Shown piece after piece: positions 7,693-11,309 of a DNA stretch of 11,309 nucleotides (the stretch's first letter is position 1; the number at the start of each line of letters is the position of its first letter). The notes below the pieces were generated by a model. It ran no database searches. It was given only the letters and a program-made list of their open reading frames with translations, and was not told where the DNA came from. Position numbers and translations under genes: made by a program. Source of the stretch: Octopus sinensis (lineage: Eukaryota); NCBI RefSeq assembly GCF_006345805.1, contig NW_021827211.1:1-11309 (forward strand), in the 5' to 3' direction.

Positions 7693-8075
7693 CAGTAGTT
7701 CTTAACCGGGATCCGTATGACCCCTAGGGCGAGGGTCTAAGCTAGTAAGCTAGTAAATTGGGGATCCCCAGTAGTATTTTAAAGCTCCACGAAAAAAACC
7801 TTTTGCTTTAGATGTATTTATCGCAAGAAACAGCTGGGTTCCTGGCCCTTGCGTTTTGCAAAGTTCAACGTTTTTTCTGGCTACTGAAACATGTTCTCTC
7901 AGAGAGTGCTGTTGCAAGCCTACACAAATGCATGGGTGAAAAACAAAACTGGAATTTTGAAAGAAGTATCTATATAATTAGTTTTTGAACACTGAATGGC
8001 TACGGGGTCCACCGGAATAAAATAGCAATCAAAGAGGGTCCATAAGTAAAGAAAAAAAATGGTTGAGAACCGCTG
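7693..8075. mobile_element. hAT (Charlie/Buster-type) MITE, 383 bp, 8-bp TSD CTCTAAAT
   Basis: TSD ctctaaat at 7685-7692 and 8076-8083. TIRs CAGTAGTTCTTAACC / GGTTGAGAACCGCTG resemble Charlie-type CAGTGGTTCTCAA ends. Repeated subterminal GGGTCC/GGATCC motifs. Confidence 0.92.
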
Positions 8076-8280
8076 CTCTAAATACATGGGAAACAACCGT
8101 TCTATATTTCCAAAGGAGAATCACGAAACATTAGACTTTATATCATATATACAGCCACATAAGTGGAGCCTCCATGAAGCTCCACCTGAGTCGCTTGTCC
8201 GGGGGCGGGGAGAAGTTGTGTGGGGAGCAGAAAGGTGTGGAGGTCAATGATTGTTGATACCTGAATACATGGCGATTACA

Positions 8281-8376
8281 AGAAGAGAGAGAGAGGAGAG
8301 AGGGAGGAAGAGAGGGAGAGAGAGGGAGAGAGAGAGAGGGAGAGAGAGAGAGATAGATAGATAGAGAGAGAGAGAG
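8281..8376. repeat. (GA)n/(GATA)n microsatellite
   Basis: Direct reading. Confidence 0.95.
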
Positions 8377-10155
8377 GTGGATAAGGTAGATTCACGACAA
8401 TAAGTGGTTAAGAAATTAAAAAACGAAAATCATATTTTGCGCATGTTGACTCAAGCGTGGGTTATTCTGTTGCATTTCCAATATTTTGGTTTTGGGTCGT
8501 TGTTTCAAACAGAGATTTCCAAATATTTTCTTCCGTGATTTCATTCAATTCAATACGTAGCTTTTTAGGTACCCCAGAGACATTAATAGGCGTAGGGGTG
8601 GCTGTGTGGTAAGTAGCTTGCTAACCAACCACATGGTTCCGGGTTCAGTCCCACTGCGTGGCATCATGGGCAAGTGTCTTCTGCTATAGCCCCGGGCCGA
8701 CCAATGCCTTGTGAGTGGATTTGGTAGACGGAAACTGAAAGAAGCCTGTCGTATATAGTATATATATATATATATATATATATAATGTATGTGTGTGTGT
8801 GTTTGGGTGTGTCTGTGTTTGTCCCCCTAGCATTGCTTGACAACCGATGCTGGTGTGTTTACGTCCCCGTCACTTAGCGGTTCGGCAAAAGAGACCGATA
8901 GAATAAGTACTGGGCTTACAAAGAATAAGTCCTGGGGTCGATTTGCTCGACTAAAAAAGGCGGTGCTCCAGCATGGCCGCAGTCAAATGACTGAAACAAG
9001 TAAAAGAGTAAAAGAGTAAAGAGTAACCAAATAAGGATGAATGAAGTTGAAATTCTATGCTAATTTCAAAACGAGGATAAGTTTCACGAAGACAGTAAAT
9101 ATATTTCGTTGTATTCTTTAATTAGTGCAATTTGTAAAAGATTTGCACAGATTTTCTTGTTCAGCTGTTGCTTTTCTAGGACAGAAAAAATAAAAACGTC
9201 CGGAAGAAAGTTCCGGGTGAGCAAGGAATTTTGAACGAAATATGCGGCTTTTTTTTTGCCACATATCATACACAGGTTTACTTTTACATAGCAAAGAAAA
9301 AGATAATTTTACTTTGGCATAAATATCAGAAAAAAAATCGTATGATTTGTTTGCTGAAAGATAAAATACGCTGATTAACACCTCGTTCTGTGAGATAACC
9401 ATCATACTTTAAGACGATACGGCAAATTCGCACAGACTGCCGAGCTCTACATCAAATTTAATCATGTTGCGAAACATGACGTTGTCATGTTGCATTTGTA
9501 TAAATCTAGTTAACAACAACACTAATACCATTATCTATGACGTCACTTAAAATACGTTCGACAACGCAGAGATTTCGTTGATACAAAATACAATGAAAAG
9601 AAATTAGAATTTCCAGATTTAGACAATACTGTCTTTGGTTTTGCCGTGTTTTTACTCGCGCAATAAATCCTTCACGTTTACTTTTCATGACAGATAAACT
9701 ATATCTACACAGACTCACGAAATCTCTGAAATCCAATCCAGCTTTAAGACATTTATCTTTAACTTTGCAAAGTGTGCCTAAAGTTTCTTCTTGTGGCAAT
9801 CAAAATCTTCGGTTATTGCTTGGATGACGTAAAATACCTGCGCTGAATCGGCAGCTTCCGTTGATTCCCAAAGCTATTTTTATTGAATGCTATATATATT
9901 TTCCTTTTGTATTATTGCACGAAGTTGTCACGTTGCGTTAGGCGCCAATTCATGTCGCCAATCAGTTATGGTTGTTCTTGAAAGGACAAGTTATATGTGC
10001 AAGTCTGATTTAGCGTCATACAACTTCAATGATACATTATCTTTATAAATTCAACAGCGCTAAACGGCTTACCTCTTTCAATAAATAAATACACCTTTCT
10101 AAACGTTACTTTGATGTTATCAATCTCGAGTGTAAACACTCTATGTAATGCTTTG
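8376..10155 (-). pseudogene. Decayed hAT (Charlie/Buster/SPIN-like) transposase, interrupted by a SINE
   Basis: Ordered motifs across frameshifts: RGKPFSAVEFIK (about 10050-10076), SRTTIT, AL(D)ESTEAADSAQV (about 9835-9874), LDFRDFVSLC..EGFIARVK, SFHCILYQ..LSDVI..VVN, LPYRLKV*WLS (about 9393-9420), KPVYDMWQK, RF..EFQL..LFG|INVSGVPKKLRIELNEI, PRLSQHAQNM..TTYCRESTLS (dimerisation domain, about 8377-8465). No TIRs found. Confidence 0.88.
8589..9026 (+). mobile_element. Full-length octopus-type tRNA-derived SINE with internal (TA)n(TG)n and (GAGTAAAA)n tail
   Basis: A box TGGCTGTGTGG 8599-8609. B box GGTTCAGTCCC 8642-8652. gggcaagtgtcttct central motif. Internal microsatellite about 8752-8805. 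Tail 8999-9026. Its removal restores the transposase frame. Confidence 0.92.
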
Positions 10156-10335
10156 AGTGAGAGAGAGAAATTGGAGATTGAGTGGAGAGAGAGAGAGAGA
10201 AATTGGAGAATAAGTGGAGAGAGAGAGAGAGAAATTGGAGAATGAGTGAGAGAGAGAGAGAGAGAAATTGGAGAATGAGTGGAGAGAGAGAGAGAGAAAT
10301 TGGAGAATGAGTAGAGAGAGAGTGTGTGTGTGTGT
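10155..10335. repeat. Minisatellite of about 30-bp units, (GA)n-AATTGGAGAATGAGTG, 5 copies, ending in (GT)n
   Basis: aaattggagaatgagt(g) recurs five times, separated by variable-length (GA)n. Confidence 0.9.
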
Positions 10336-10478
10336 GCATCTCGCGTTTTCCATTTTGATTATGCAATCGTTCAAGGTTCTTGTTCTAGTTTGGTATGTTT
10401 GTTGTGTCAATGTATGGCGTAATGCTGATTCCACCACAAAGACCCAGTCCTTGTTGGGGTGAGGTAGCTGTGTACCGT

Positions 10479-10853
10479 GGAGGCGCATTGGCCCAGTGGT
10501 TAGGGCAGCGGACTCGCGGTCGTAGGATAGCGGTTTCGATTCCCAGACCGGGCATTGTGAGTGTTTATTGAGCGAAACACCTAAGCTTCACAAGGCTCCT
10601 CAGGGGGTGCTGGTGGTGAACTGCTGTCTCTTTCACCACAACTTTCTCTCACTCTTTCTTCCTGCTTCTGTTGTACCTGTATTTCAAAGGGCCAGCCTTG
10701 TCACACTCTGTGTTACGCTGAATCTCCTCGAGAACTACGTTGAGGGTACACGTGTCTGTGGAGTGCTCAGCCACTTGCACGTTAATTCCACGAGCAGGCT
10801 GTTCCGTTGATCGTATCAGCTGGGACCCTCATCGTCGTAACCGACGGAGTGCT
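10479..10853 (+). mobile_element. tRNA(Arg-like)-derived SINE, second family (resembles octopus OR-type SINEs)
   Basis: A box TGGCCCAGTGG 10489-10499. B box GGTTTCGATTCCC 10532-10544. Anticodon-arm-like gac-tcgcg-gtc. About 375-bp body ending ccgacggagtgct. The family name is from memory. Confidence 0.8.
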
Positions 10854-10983
10854 CCTAAAGGTCATGCCAGCGGAGTGCAAGCTCCTGGAAGTGCCTCATG
10901 TGCTGGACAGATCGAAGAACGGAAACCAAAAGCTAATATGGACCACTTCTTCCCAGAAGTAAAAATGGGTTTGCGTATGGCTA

Positions 10984-11180
10984 ACACACACACACACACA
11001 CACGCACGCACGCATGCACACATACGCATACGTATACACGACGGACTTCTTTCAGTTTCCGTTTATCAAATCCACTCACAAGCCTTTGGTCGGCTCAAGG
11101 CTAAAGCAGAAGACACTTGTCCAAGGTTCCACGTAGTGGGACTGAACGCGGAACCATGTGGCTGAAAAGCAAACTTCTTA
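10984..11180 (-). mobile_element. 5' half of the 8589-type SINE (A box missing), ending in its internal microsatellite
   Basis: Reverse complement reads taagaagtttgc..ccacatggttccgcgttcagtcccactacgtgg..caagtgtcttctgc..gtgagtggatttg..acggaaactgaaagaagtccgtcgt, then (GT)n-like. It aligns with 8610-8755. Confidence 0.88.
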
Positions 11181-11309
11181 TTCCTTTATTGCTCTCAAGG
11201 GACTAAACATAGGGGACAAACAAGGACAGACGAAGGGATTAAGTCGATTGCATCGACCCAAGTGCGTAACTGGTACTTATCTAATCGATCCCGAAAGGAT
11301 GAAAGCAAA
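11177..11309 (-). mobile_element. 3' portion of a third SINE family (runs off the window), inserted in the head of the preceding SINE
   Basis: Reverse complement tttgctttcatcctttcgggatcgattagataagtaccagttacgcac..gtttagtcccttgagagcAATAAAggaataa. The ctttcatcctttcgggRtcgat..agtacc block resembles a conserved invertebrate SINE central domain (recalled, not searched). Confidence 0.8.

Noticed and set aside
8589-8660. tRNA genes at SINE heads (also 10479-10550)
   Set aside because: A and B boxes are present, but there is no complete cloverleaf or acceptor stem, and they continue into SINE bodies.
10740-11165. 141-aa ORF
   Set aside because: It runs through two SINEs and a microsatellite. The intervening peptide (QIEERKPKANMDHFFPEVK) is not recognised and has no convincing splice context.

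Overview
Eukaryotic, AT-rich, microsatellite-dense genomic DNA. It is very probably octopus (coleoid cephalopod), judged from SINE sequences I recall as octopus-type; family names are from memory, not from a database search. No complete intact protein-coding gene is visible. Most six-frame ORFs are read-throughs of microsatellites. The window is a pile-up of mobile elements: (i) two short microsatellite-flanked cassettes, each carrying a minimal type I hammerhead-ribozyme-like motif of the Penelope-element kind (200-260, 1145-1180); (ii) three unrelated long foldback palindromes next to (TA)n runs (368-492, 1313-1451, 4009-4225); (iii) two head-to-tail 3' fragments of R4/Dong-like RLE-domain LINEs from different subfamilies (2648-3820, minus); (iv) a cluster of (ATT)n-tailed retroelement ends, including a 422/423-bp unit duplicated in tandem (4560-6050); (v) a TA-flanked Tc1/mariner-type MITE (6488-7001) and a hAT MITE with an 8-bp TSD (7693-8075); (vi) a decayed Charlie/Buster-type hAT transposase (8376-10155, minus), interrupted cleanly by a full-length SINE; (vii) three families of tRNA-type SINEs. 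A possible terminal coding exon plus 3'UTR lies at 1831-2390 (low confidence).
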